The translations under genes were made by a program, and so were the position numbers. Below, piece after piece: positions 49,463 through 58,436 of a stretch of DNA of 64,000 bases. Below the pieces are notes generated by a model that was not told the DNA's origin, ran no database searches, and was given only the letters and a program-made list of their open reading frames with translations. The stretch is from Nitrosopumilus sp. (GTDB lineage Archaea > Thermoproteota > Nitrososphaeria > Nitrososphaerales > Nitrosopumilaceae). The stretch is from assembly GCA_965206745.1 (NCBI GenBank), contig OZ242220.1, forward strand, positions 704,001 to 768,000. Reading direction: 5' to 3'. The first letter of the stretch is position 1, and every line of letters begins with the position of its first letter.

Positions 49463-50671
49463 CTATACGTTGATTGAATTTTGACTATGGTCCCTCATCG
49501 AATAGCTTCTTCCCCTCCATGTAACTGATGATGTTTTTTTAGCCTGTAGTAACCCGTTCAAAAATCCCAAGACTATCACAAAACTTCCCAATGGTGCAAA
49601 CAACGCATACTGCAATCTTAGCTTTAGCCCTATTTTCACCTCGATAATCGTACCCACGTAAATTAGGCTTGATGCAATTGCTGATGCCATACAAAGTACT
49701 CTTGCAGATGTTGTCTCTACTGGCAATGATGCTGATATTGCAAATGTTGGAAATGGAACAAATAGCAAAAATGTTATCGCAAAAAATATTCCTATCGCAA
49801 TATTTCCGTTTTGAAGATAAAGTGGCACCATCAGTCTCTTCAGAGCATTCCACAAGGTACTCTTGTCTCTGGCCCACGCTGCATCAATTAGGTGCTCTGC
49901 ACGTACCATTCTCATTTTATATCCTGCTTCTTTCACCTTTTTCCCTAGCGCCCCATCCTCGATAATCTCTTGTTTTACCCCCTCATGCATTCCAACTTTC
50001 TGATATGTGGTTTTTTTCAAAATGAAGAAACTCCCAAAAAAATAACCTGTTTTTTTATTTGGATTGTTTACGTTTAATGCTGAAAATCTGGTGTGCAAAA
50101 ATGTTGAAATGATTGGAAGTGTAATGCTTGTCCAAAAATCAAATGTGAGCATTCTTGGTATTGCAGACAACGCATCCAAATCCAATGAATTCAAGTGCGA
50201 GACTGCCAATGTTATGATATTTTCAGCATGTTTTGTATCTGCATCTGTGAATAGCAACAACTCGCCTGTAGCTTTATCGTATCCTTCCATGCATGCCCAA
50301 TTCTTTCCCATCCATCCGTCCGGCTTTGATCTTGCAGAAACTGGAATAACATTGTGGTGTTTTTTTGCATACTCTGAAATTATCTTCCACGTGGAATCTT
50401 CTGATGAATCATTAATTACTATAATTTCATAATTTTCATAGTCTTGCTTGGTCAGAGAATCAAGGCATTTTCCTATGAACTCTTCCTCATTTCTAGCTGG
50501 CAAAATTACCGAGACCTTTGGGTTTGTTTTTGAAATATCTTCAAATTCATCCAAGTATGGCGCCAATCTAAAGGAATCGATCATTGATTTGAGTAGGAAT
50601 ATCCAAGCTCCGCAGACTCCGATTAAGATTGCAGCCAACGTGTAATTGAAAATATCTAAAATTAAATCCAT
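49463..50671 (-). CDS. Family 2 glycosyltransferase, membrane-bound (HpnB/CrtQ-like)
   Basis: VILPARNEE, PDGWMGKNWAC, FTDADT, IIEDGALG, VTWRGR; start at 50671. Confidence 0.85.
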   Translation of the reverse strand: MDLILDIFNYTLAAILIGVCGAWIFLLKSMIDSFRLAPYLDEFEDISKTNPKVSVILPARNEEEFIGKCLDSLTKQDYENYEIIVINDSSEDSTWKIISEYAKKHHNVIPVSARSKPDGWMGKNWACMEGYDKATGELLLFTDADTKHAENIITLAVSHLNSLDLDALSAIPRMLTFDFWTSITLPIISTFLHTRFSALNVNNPNKKTGYFFGSFFILKKTTYQKVGMHEGVKQEIIEDGALGKKVKEAGYKMRMVRAEHLIDAAWARDKSTLWNALKRLMVPLYLQNGNIAIGIFFAITFLLFVPFPTFAISASLPVETTSARVLCMASAIASSLIYVGTIIEVKIGLKLRLQYALFAPLGSFVIVLGFLNGLLQAKKTSSVTWRGRSYSMRDHSQNSINV

Positions 50672-50675
50672 TGAT

Positions 50676-51092
50676 CTATCTCTCGATCTCTTCTTTGATG
50701 CTTTGCATAGCTTGCTCTGTCCCACTCTTGATATGTTTTTTAATAATTCCCGTAAACATCCCCATCATGCCTGTTAGTTTGATGTCCCAATATGTTGAAA
50801 GTATCGTTTTTCCATCTTTGGTCGTAAGGGACACTACTTTCTCACCGTCGATAATGCCTTTGATGAATTTGGCCTCGATTTTCTCTTTGGGGTGGATCTC
50901 CACTTTTTGCAAGCATTTTTGATCCCTAAATGCAATTGTGACTTCCCTGTTGACTGTATTTCCCTCTTTTGAAATATTTTTGACTTTTTTTGTCCCCTTC
51001 CAAAACTTTGGCTCATTATCTATGTCTGAAACCACATCCCACACTCTGTCAATTGGTGCGTTGATCTCCACTTTTACTTCAATTATAGCCAT
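50676..51092 (-). CDS. SRPBCC (START/polyketide cyclase) family protein
   Basis: VEINAPIDRVWDVVSD..PKFW. Confidence 0.85.
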   Translation of the reverse strand: MAIIEVKVEINAPIDRVWDVVSDIDNEPKFWKGTKKVKNISKEGNTVNREVTIAFRDQKCLQKVEIHPKEKIEAKFIKGIIDGEKVVSLTTKDGKTILSTYWDIKLTGMMGMFTGIIKKHIKSGTEQAMQSIKEEIER

Positions 51093-51149
51093 ATTCTGCA
51101 ATTTCTTGTTCCGCATTAAATATATTAGATTCCTACACGGTTAGAAATA

Positions 51150-51228
51150 GACTGTGATGGGTAACATGCCTAAAATCCGGAACATTAACTCCAGTTCCAA
51201 TGGCGTTTGCCATTCTTCCGTCACAGTC
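51150..51228 (+). ncRNA. Candidate structured RNA (multibranch, tRNA-sized)
   Basis: P1 GACTGTGATGG/CCGTCACAGTC (11 bp, one U-G), P2 GGAAC/GTTCC, P3 AATGGC/GCCATT; TATA-like element about 25-30 nt upstream. Confidence 0.5.
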
Positions 51229-51264
51229 ACTAAAATTTGAAAGAAAATGAAACCGACAAAATAC

Positions 51265-51459
51265 ATGCCAAAAATTGAAACTTTGAACGGTTCAGATTTT
51301 TGGAAAAATGCATATGCCCATCAACGAGGAAAATTGTTAAAGAAAGTCAATGTTCCTGAGGATCAGATTGTCATACTAGTTAACAAAAAGTATATGGAAC
51401 TCCCTACCGCTTTGAGATATGAAATTGAAACTAGTGGAATCGATAAAAAAGAATTGTAA
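51265..51459 (+). CDS. Small hypothetical protein
   Basis: MPKIETLNGSDFWKNAYAHQRGKLL...; alternative start at 51247. Confidence 0.7.
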   Translation: MPKIETLNGSDFWKNAYAHQRGKLLKKVNVPEDQIVILVNKKYMELPTALRYEIETSGIDKKEL

Positions 51460-51502
51460 TGAGATTCGAAATTTATTTTAACGGGAATGATTAGATCCAA
51501 AC

Positions 51503-51832
51503 ATGCCTACTGTGTCTTATGATGATTTTGCAAAGTTGGACATTAGAGTTGCAAAAGTTATTGGAACTGAGCCAATAGAAGGTAAGTCTCGAATCATTAA
51601 AGGCAGAATTGATCTAGGTGATGATGATCAGCGTGATGTGATAATTGGCGGTGCCCAGTATTATCTGCCTGAAGATATTGTGGGAAAGACCGTGATTGTC
51701 ATTGCAAATCTTGAACCCAAGAAAATGGCCGGAGTTGAATCCAATGCGATGTTGTTAGCAGCTGATGTCGATGATAAACCGTTTTGGCTAACTGTTACAG
51801 AGGATGTTCCTTTGGGAAGCCCGATAAAATAA
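51503..51832 (+). CDS. tRNA-binding OB-fold protein (Trbp111/CsaA family)
   Basis: DFAKLDIRVAKV..IDLG..GKTVIVIANLEPKKMAGVESNAMLLAA. Confidence 0.92.
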   Translation: MPTVSYDDFAKLDIRVAKVIGTEPIEGKSRIIKGRIDLGDDDQRDVIIGGAQYYLPEDIVGKTVIVIANLEPKKMAGVESNAMLLAADVDDKPFWLTVTEDVPLGSPIK

Positions 51833-51896
51833 TGTCATTTTTGGGTTATGTTTTGTTTGATTAAATTTAAGGAAAATATGTTTTTGATTTATGATG

Positions 51897-52457
51897 TTAA
51901 TCATAAATCATTAATTCTTTTTCTTCTAGCAGTGAGTGCAGATTATTCACAGAACGATACACATCTGATTCATGCTTAGCTCCTGTGCAGACAAGTTTTC
52001 CTGATGAGAATAGCAGAATCACTGTCTTTGGATCTACCATCCTGTGAATCAACCCTGGAAATTGCTCAGGTTCATACATGCTTCGAGGCAATGTTCTTGC
52101 AGCTTGTTCCAGATGAATTTTTCCACCCAAGTTGATGGATGCAACAATGTTTTGAATTGTCACTACTGCGTCTTTTTTAACCTTGATTCCTCCTTTTCGT
52201 AGATTCTGTACTACCTTCTTGACTGCTTTTTTGGCCATTTCTTCTGATTTTGAACCTGTACACACCATCTTGCCTGAAGTGAAAATCAATGTTGCCGTCT
52301 TTGGAATCTTTAATCTAAAGACCAGTCCCGGAAATTGATCCGGGTGATACTCTACATCCGGAAATGTTCTGGTAATTTCGTTCAAATCCATCTTTTGCAT
52401 TACGTCTGCAGAAGCTACGACATTTTCTACGCTCACGATAGGTTTTGTTTGTGGCAT
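51897..52457 (-). CDS. tbp: TATA-box-binding protein
   Basis: Two repeats NVVAS..Y.P.QFPGL..LIF.SGK.VCTG; start at 52457. Confidence 0.97.
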   Translation of the reverse strand: MPQTKPIVSVENVVASADVMQKMDLNEITRTFPDVEYHPDQFPGLVFRLKIPKTATLIFTSGKMVCTGSKSEEMAKKAVKKVVQNLRKGGIKVKKDAVVTIQNIVASINLGGKIHLEQAARTLPRSMYEPEQFPGLIHRMVDPKTVILLFSSGKLVCTGAKHESDVYRSVNNLHSLLEEKELMIYD

Positions 52458-52831
52458 ATTTGGCTTTTTTTGTATTTGAACTATAATAAAAGTCCTAATA
52501 GTAAATCGCATATTGAATTGCTCTGCTAAATCCTGGCCATGCTCCATCTGCGATGTTTTCTCACATGCCCTTCATGTCGGGATGCATGTGATAAAGTTGG
52601 ACACCCTTCTCATAATCATATCACATGTGGCAAATACTGCAATAGGTGATGTGGAGGCATCTAAGAAAAAGCCACCTGGTAAGGACTAGTAATGAATAGG
52701 TGCACAGTCGGAACTTTGATAATTGCAAACCGGTGGAGACTCACAAAATGATTCGTATTGTAAATTAACAATTAGGCAGCTGACTCGATTTTTGTCAAAC
52801 TCTGTATCTGATCAATTCAAAATCCAAGCCT

Positions 52832-53755
52832 TTAATTTTTTCTCATTTTGCTAAATGCTGCTCCGAGAATCTCTTTCCTGCTAATCTCAAGTATTTTAAA
52901 AATCTCATCAAAGACACTCTCAGTCTTTATCCCCAAAATCCTGATGATTATCCCTGATTCATCTGCAAGTATGGATGTGCCTGCAGAAACCTGTTCTGAC
53001 TTTTCAATGCTCTCAATTATGCTGTTTTCTAGTCTCCCTATGTTCTCCTTTCCAGTCAAAATGTAGACTGTTCCCACTATGCTGTAATCTCCAAGTACGC
53101 CAAAATTTTTCAGATCCTGCTTTTTTGGCTCAATCTTTGCATTCTCCAAAAATCTAGTCTTCCCCTGGTCTTTGCAATGTGTCTTCAGATAGCAAATATC
53201 GTACTCAAAGGACTCATCCATTGCCACTCTTCCTGGAGTCAAAACTTCCGAATAAATCAGGGTGGAATTTTTGTCAATATCGAGATTAACCTTCTGGTAA
53301 TACCTAGAGTTCTTGTACGGGATTATCTGTTCTGGAATGTACTCTAAATAGCATCCCTTGTCAACCTTGATGTTGATGATCTGTGATGCAAAGTTTGCAT
53401 TCATGCTGTATATTCTGGTGGCTCCCTGTGTAGTCATGTGTGCGACTGCCTTGTTTTTCAATGTGACATCTGTTCTGTATCTGTCTCCTTGCAAGATTCC
53501 GCCTGATGATGAAATCGCATAAAGGTACGCCATCCCAGGCAACGACTCTTCGGGGTACAATGCCCTTTGAATTTGTAATGGAACTTGAGAGAACTGCTCA
53601 GAGATGATGGTCTTGCCTGAACCATTATCCTCAAGCTCCAAGCTTAGAATGCCTATCTTTCCGGATTCTCCGACCTTTAGCTGCTTTACGTCTGCCTCAT
53701 ACGCTTGAATCTCTCTTGGTATGTCATCAGGTGTGCAGTATTGTAAATTGTACAA
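52832..53755 (-). CDS. ureD: Urease accessory protein UreD/UreH
   Basis: SSGGILQGD, TTQGATRIY, LEYIP..IIPY, TPGRVA..E.F. Confidence 0.92.
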   Translation of the reverse strand: MYNLQYCTPDDIPREIQAYEADVKQLKVGESGKIGILSLELEDNGSGKTIISEQFSQVPLQIQRALYPEESLPGMAYLYAISSSGGILQGDRYRTDVTLKNKAVAHMTTQGATRIYSMNANFASQIINIKVDKGCYLEYIPEQIIPYKNSRYYQKVNLDIDKNSTLIYSEVLTPGRVAMDESFEYDICYLKTHCKDQGKTRFLENAKIEPKKQDLKNFGVLGDYSIVGTVYILTGKENIGRLENSIIESIEKSEQVSAGTSILADESGIIIRILGIKTESVFDEIFKILEISRKEILGAAFSKMRKN

Positions 53756-53758
53756 AAA

Positions 53759-54412
53759 TTACACCTTTCGTATGTCTGATTTTGGCATCCCGTCTAGCAA
53801 AAGATCATGTATGATGTGATCGGCGACCTCCATTATTCCTTTGTCTGTTTTGCAGTTGACAAACTCAAACGGCCTCCCCTTTCTAATCCTCTCTGCATCG
53901 CTTCTCATAACTTGAAGATCGGCTCCTACCGAATCGGCAAGATCAATCTTGTTGATTACTAGTAGATCACAGTTGACAATTCCGAGTCCACCCTTTCTTG
54001 GATACTTGTCACCTCCTGCGACGTCGATAATGTAGATAAAATAATCTGCAAGAACTGGACTAAATGTGGTTGTAATGTTGTCACCCCCGCTCTCAATAAT
54101 TATAATGTCCAACTCTGGGTGATCTGCCTCCATCTCCTCTATGACTGCAAGGTTCATGGATGGATCCTCCCTTATTGCAGTGTGCGGACATCCTCCTGTT
54201 GCAAGACCTATGACTAGGTTCTCGGCAAGCAGCCCTTTCTCTGTAGCCAGGTTGGCCCTCATCCTATCTGCGTCTTCTTTTGATATCACATCGTTTGAGA
54301 TTATGCTTATACTGTATCCCTTTGCTGCCAATATGGGCACGACTCTTTCAATGAGCATACTTTTTCCTGACCCTACCGGCCCTCCAATGCCTATTCTGGG
54401 AATATGTGCCAT
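53759..54412 (-). CDS. ureG: Urease accessory GTPase UreG
   Basis: GIGGPVGSGKS, TGGCPHTAIRED, ESGGDN, INKIDL. Confidence 0.96.
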   Translation of the reverse strand: MAHIPRIGIGGPVGSGKSMLIERVVPILAAKGYSISIISNDVISKEDADRMRANLATEKGLLAENLVIGLATGGCPHTAIREDPSMNLAVIEEMEADHPELDIIIIESGGDNITTTFSPVLADYFIYIIDVAGGDKYPRKGGLGIVNCDLLVINKIDLADSVGADLQVMRSDAERIRKGRPFEFVNCKTDKGIMEVADHIIHDLLLDGMPKSDIRKV

Positions 54413-54429
54413 GATGAGAAATTCAATTT

Positions 54430-55131
54430 TTATGTAATAAACATTTTAGCGTCCATCTTCTCATGTGACATCTGGGCTATGTCTGTTTGAGGTGCAAACT
54501 GCCACACCTCTGCAATGGATTTGCCTGAGTATTTTTTTACTGTGTCGCTAATTGTCGGCTTTATGCTGTGAATTATTTTTTGTCCCTCAAAATGCTCAAT
54601 GAGTCCCAGTCGAAGTGCTGCACCTGCAATGCTTACAGTAAACCCATAAAGTAGCATCGACATGCATCTGTCTTTTTTAATCCCCAACGCATTGCAACAA
54701 ATGGCAAACGCCACAGGGAAAACCCCGTGCGCCATGTTTTTTGCTATGTCGTGCTTATAGCGGTTTAAGATTTTGTCATTTTTTGCAAACTCTGTCACAC
54801 ACTTTACCATCTGAATGCCTGATCTTACCTGTGCATCCCTGATCTCCTTTATTGGCTTTGCAGCAAATGCGACGCTGTCAGCTTTTAATATGTTCTCAAA
54901 TTCCCCCTTGCTTGCACTATCAAACACATGCGATACGGCAACGCAATCCGTTGGCCCTGTCTGCTGGATGATGTTGGTCTTTATCATGTCAAGCAACTGC
55001 TCAAATTTTACGACTTTGCCTTCTGCAAATAGAAACTCCAATCCGTTGGATGTGGCATACAGTCCCGTTGGAAAAAACGAGTCTGATAGCTGCATCACTC
55101 CTATCTCTTGTTCTATTTCATCAATGCCCAT
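54430..55131 (-). CDS. ureF: Urease accessory protein UreF
   Basis: QLSDSFFPTGLYATSNGLE; C-terminal H...AKMFIT. Confidence 0.92.
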   Translation of the reverse strand: MGIDEIEQEIGVMQLSDSFFPTGLYATSNGLEFLFAEGKVVKFEQLLDMIKTNIIQQTGPTDCVAVSHVFDSASKGEFENILKADSVAFAAKPIKEIRDAQVRSGIQMVKCVTEFAKNDKILNRYKHDIAKNMAHGVFPVAFAICCNALGIKKDRCMSMLLYGFTVSIAGAALRLGLIEHFEGQKIIHSIKPTISDTVKKYSGKSIAEVWQFAPQTDIAQMSHEKMDAKMFIT

Positions 55132-55606
55132 GTATATTGGCACCACCGTGTGGAAAAAATATCTGTTCACTTACTGTAATCTCAATATGATCTAGAATTT
55201 CTGCAAACAACCCTGCAAAAACTGTCTCTTCTGTATCTGCCTGAATTGGAAACACAATCTCTTGATCTTTGATGGCTATTGGTCTGTGCCTGTTACCTAT
55301 GATGTGTCCTAACAGTACCGATACATCTGTCCTGTCTGCATTTTTTATTTTAACTGAGATCACTTTTTCTGGCAGCTGCTCTACTACAATCTTTGTCTTC
55401 TCATCCCCGACAACATCGCCGTGAGACAGCTTGGTCCCCTGTTCCAAACTCAGAGCCACATCTGTGCCGCAGTCAGTCTCTTTTCTCAAAATTCTCTTCT
55501 CCAACTCTACCCGCGAAACCAAGAGCTTCTCAAAACCGCCATTTTTTAGATCAGCGAACTTTTCATCTAGGAAGATATTACCCATGGGAACGCTGACTTT
55601 TAACAC
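55121..55606 (-). CDS. ureE: Urease accessory nickel chaperone UreE
   Basis: RILRKETDCG, LSHGD, LGHIIGNRH, C-terminal PHGGANIHGH; GTG start at 55606 inferred. Confidence 0.88.
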   Translation of the reverse strand: MLKVSVPMGNIFLDEKFADLKNGGFEKLLVSRVELEKRILRKETDCGTDVALSLEQGTKLSHGDVVGDEKTKIVVEQLPEKVISVKIKNADRTDVSVLLGHIIGNRHRPIAIKDQEIVFPIQADTEETVFAGLFAEILDHIEITVSEQIFFPHGGANIHGH

Positions 55607-55691
55607 AAATAACTGTCTTTTTTGATTAAGATATACTTTCTTGAGGCGCCAGTCTTTAATAATTAAATACAATAATGAATTACTCATTTCA

Positions 55692-55994
55692 ATGATGCTT
55701 ACTCCTAAAGAATTGGAAAAACTAAACGTCTTTGTTGCAGCAGAACTTTCTCGCAAAAGAAAAAATCGAGGTCTAAAGCTCAATCATCCTGAGGCAGTCT
55801 CTATCCTAGCTGATCATATTTTGGAAGGTGCAAGAGATGGAAGGTCTGTTCCAGAGCTTATGAGTTCTGGAAAAAAAGTCCTCTCAAAAGATGATGTGTT
55901 GCCTGGCGTTACAGAACTAATTCACTCCATTCAAGTGGAAGCGACTTTTGAGGATGGAACAAAACTGGTCACGATCCATGATCCTATTGTGTGA
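55692..55994 (+). CDS. ureA: Urease gamma subunit
   Basis: [39 protein letters not shown]. Confidence 0.97.
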   Translation: MMLTPKELEKLNVFVAAELSRKRKNRGLKLNHPEAVSILADHILEGARDGRSVPELMSSGKKVLSKDDVLPGVTELIHSIQVEATFEDGTKLVTIHDPIV

Positions 55995-55997
55995 GAG

Positions 55998-56366
55998 ATG
56001 ATCCCCGGAGAATACTTTACAGACAATGATCCAGTTGCGGCCAATGTGGGCAAGTCTGCAACATCCATCAGTGTCCGAAATACAGGTGACAGGCCCATAC
56101 AGGTAGGCTCGCACACGCATTTTTTTGAAGTAAACAAGGCACTTGAATTTCCAAGGGAACAGTCCTATGGATGCCACCTAAACATTCCTGCCGGAACATC
56201 TGTAAGATTTGAACCCGGAGAAACAAAAAAAATTGAACTGACAGAATTTGGCGGGAAAAGAATCGTTTATGGATTTAGTGGTCTGGTAAATGGAAGTCTA
56301 GAAGAGCGACGACAGGAGGCATTTGAGAGTGCTGCCAAAAAAGGATTCAAAGGGATGATAAAATAA
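55998..56366 (+). CDS. ureB: Urease beta subunit
   Basis: [35 protein letters not shown]. Confidence 0.97.
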   Translation: MIPGEYFTDNDPVAANVGKSATSISVRNTGDRPIQVGSHTHFFEVNKALEFPREQSYGCHLNIPAGTSVRFEPGETKKIELTEFGGKRIVYGFSGLVNGSLEERRQEAFESAAKKGFKGMIK

Positions 56367-58078
56367 TGACTCTGAGTATTCCAAGAAAAAACTATGTTGA
56401 TTTGTTTGGTCCTACAGTTGGTGATCGTGTTCGTCTTGCCGACACTGATTTGATTGTAGAAATTGAAAAAGACTTGATCAAGTACGGTGATGAGGCAGTT
56501 TTTGGTGGGGGGAAAAGCATACGAGACGGAATGGCACAAGCAAGTGGGGTACTCCGAGCCCAGTCCCTTGATCTTGTGATTACCAACGCAATAGTTTTAG
56601 ATCCTCTGTTAGGAATCATAAAGGCAGACATTGGAATAAAGGATGGAAAAATTCTCGGTGTGGGAAACGCTGGAAATCCCAACATCATGGATGACATTGA
56701 TATGGTAATCTCATCAAATACTGAGATAATTGCAGGCGAACATACCATCTGCACCCCCGGAACTGTTGATTCGCACGTCCATTATATATCGCCACAGCAA
56801 GTAATTCACGCAATATGCAACGGTACGACTACGATGATTGGTGGCGGTACCGGCCCTGCCGACGGCACAAATGCCACAACATGTACTCCAGGCAAATGGA
56901 ATATTCACAGAATGATAGAATCAGTAGATGAGTTTCCACTCAACTTTGGATTTCTTGCAAAGGGCAATGATTCGGGTCAAATTTCACTGCTTGAACAGAT
57001 AGAGGCAGGGGCATGCGGACTAAAACTGCATGAGGATTGGGGCTCGACTCCTGCTGTCATAAACGCTGCCCTAGATGTTGCAGATAAAACCGACACTCAG
57101 GTGGCAATACACACTGACACTCTAAATGAATGTGGCTTTGTAGATGACACAATCGAGGCTATTGCCGGACGGACAATCCACACTTATCATACGGAGGGTG
57201 CCGGAGGCGGCCACGCCCCTGACATCATCAAAGTCGCAGGGGAGGAGAACATACTCCCATCATCTACGAATCCCACGCGTCCATTCACCGTAAACACACT
57301 GGCCGAACATCTAGACATGATGATGGTATGCCATCATCTAAACCCCTCAGTACCAGAGGATGTATCTTTTGCCGAATCCAGAATTCGCGGGGAGACCATT
57401 GCAGCAGAAGACGTCTTGCACGACATGGGTGTATTGAGCATGATGTCCTCAGACAGCCAAGCAATGGGAAGAGTAGGGGAGGTAACTACCAGGAATTGGC
57501 AGACAGCAGACAAGATGAAAAAAATGTCAGGCCATCTGCCACAAGACAGCAAGCGAAATGACAACTTCAGAATAAAGAGATACCTTGCCAAAATCACAAT
57601 AAACCCTGCAATCACCCACGGGATATCGGACTATGTTGGCTCTATCCAACCTGGGAGGTTAGCTGATATTGTAATTTGGTCCCCCAAGTTCTTTGGAGTC
57701 AAACCCAAGATGATAATCAAGGGAGGCTTTATCGCATATTCTGTGATGGGGGATCCAAATGCATCCATTCCTACAACAGAGCCTGTACTGTATCGTCCCA
57801 TGTTTGGAGCATTCGGGCAGACAAAACATTCCACTAGTGTAACATTCACATCAAAGCTGGCTCTAGACAACGGCCTTGAGGGAGAAATCAAATCCCGCAA
57901 GAGACTGGTACCTGTGAAAAACTGTCGCAACATTGGAAAAAAAGACATGCTATACAATGATCTGACTCCTGACATCACTGTGAATCCTGAAACATACGAA
58001 GTTAGGGTAGATGGAAAACTTGCAACCACCAGCCCGTCTGAGAAAGTATCCATGGCACGGCTATACAACTTGTTTTAA
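56366..58078 (+). CDS. ureC: Urease alpha subunit
   Basis: [49 protein letters not shown]. Confidence 0.98.
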   Translation: MTLSIPRKNYVDLFGPTVGDRVRLADTDLIVEIEKDLIKYGDEAVFGGGKSIRDGMAQASGVLRAQSLDLVITNAIVLDPLLGIIKADIGIKDGKILGVGNAGNPNIMDDIDMVISSNTEIIAGEHTICTPGTVDSHVHYISPQQVIHAICNGTTTMIGGGTGPADGTNATTCTPGKWNIHRMIESVDEFPLNFGFLAKGNDSGQISLLEQIEAGACGLKLHEDWGSTPAVINAALDVADKTDTQVAIHTDTLNECGFVDDTIEAIAGRTIHTYHTEGAGGGHAPDIIKVAGEENILPSSTNPTRPFTVNTLAEHLDMMMVCHHLNPSVPEDVSFAESRIRGETIAAEDVLHDMGVLSMMSSDSQAMGRVGEVTTRNWQTADKMKKMSGHLPQDSKRNDNFRIKRYLAKITINPAITHGISDYVGSIQPGRLADIVIWSPKFFGVKPKMIIKGGFIAYSVMGDPNASIPTTEPVLYRPMFGAFGQTKHSTSVTFTSKLALDNGLEGEIKSRKRLVPVKNCRNIGKKDMLYNDLTPDITVNPETYEVRVDGKLATTSPSEKVSMARLYNLF

Positions 58079-58436
58079 AGACACCAAAACAATTTTGCGC
58101 ACTAGACAAATCTGTCGGACATCTCATTAAATGATCACTGTTTGTATGTACGAAAAATACTCCCAAAATAGGCAAACAAAGCAATTACACAGGGACTTGG
58201 AGCGATCAGTAATGATGCCCCTGTCTCAATTAGGAAACGGCATTTCCTAGCTAGTACTGCCTATTGAGGACAAATCTACCGTGTAATCTTCATATTTTTT
58301 TTATTATTTGATGATATTATACAAATTCTCATAAAAATTACATATAAAATAGGTTTATTTTGAAAATATTCTTGCCTAAGTCTGTTTTACCTGAAATAAA
58401 ATATAATCTTAAATAATTCCCAACTTATACTTTCTT

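Noticed and set aside
51172-51184. Cobalamin riboswitch (AAATCCGGAAC resembles part of the consensus)
   Set aside because: The GGGAA, GCCACTG and B12-box elements are missing and the element is too short.
52458-52547. N-terminal extensions in track ORFs (TBP, PurM, UreE, UreA, AroA', Tag)
   Set aside because: The extensions run through promoters or neighbouring genes; the downstream starts match the family N-termini.
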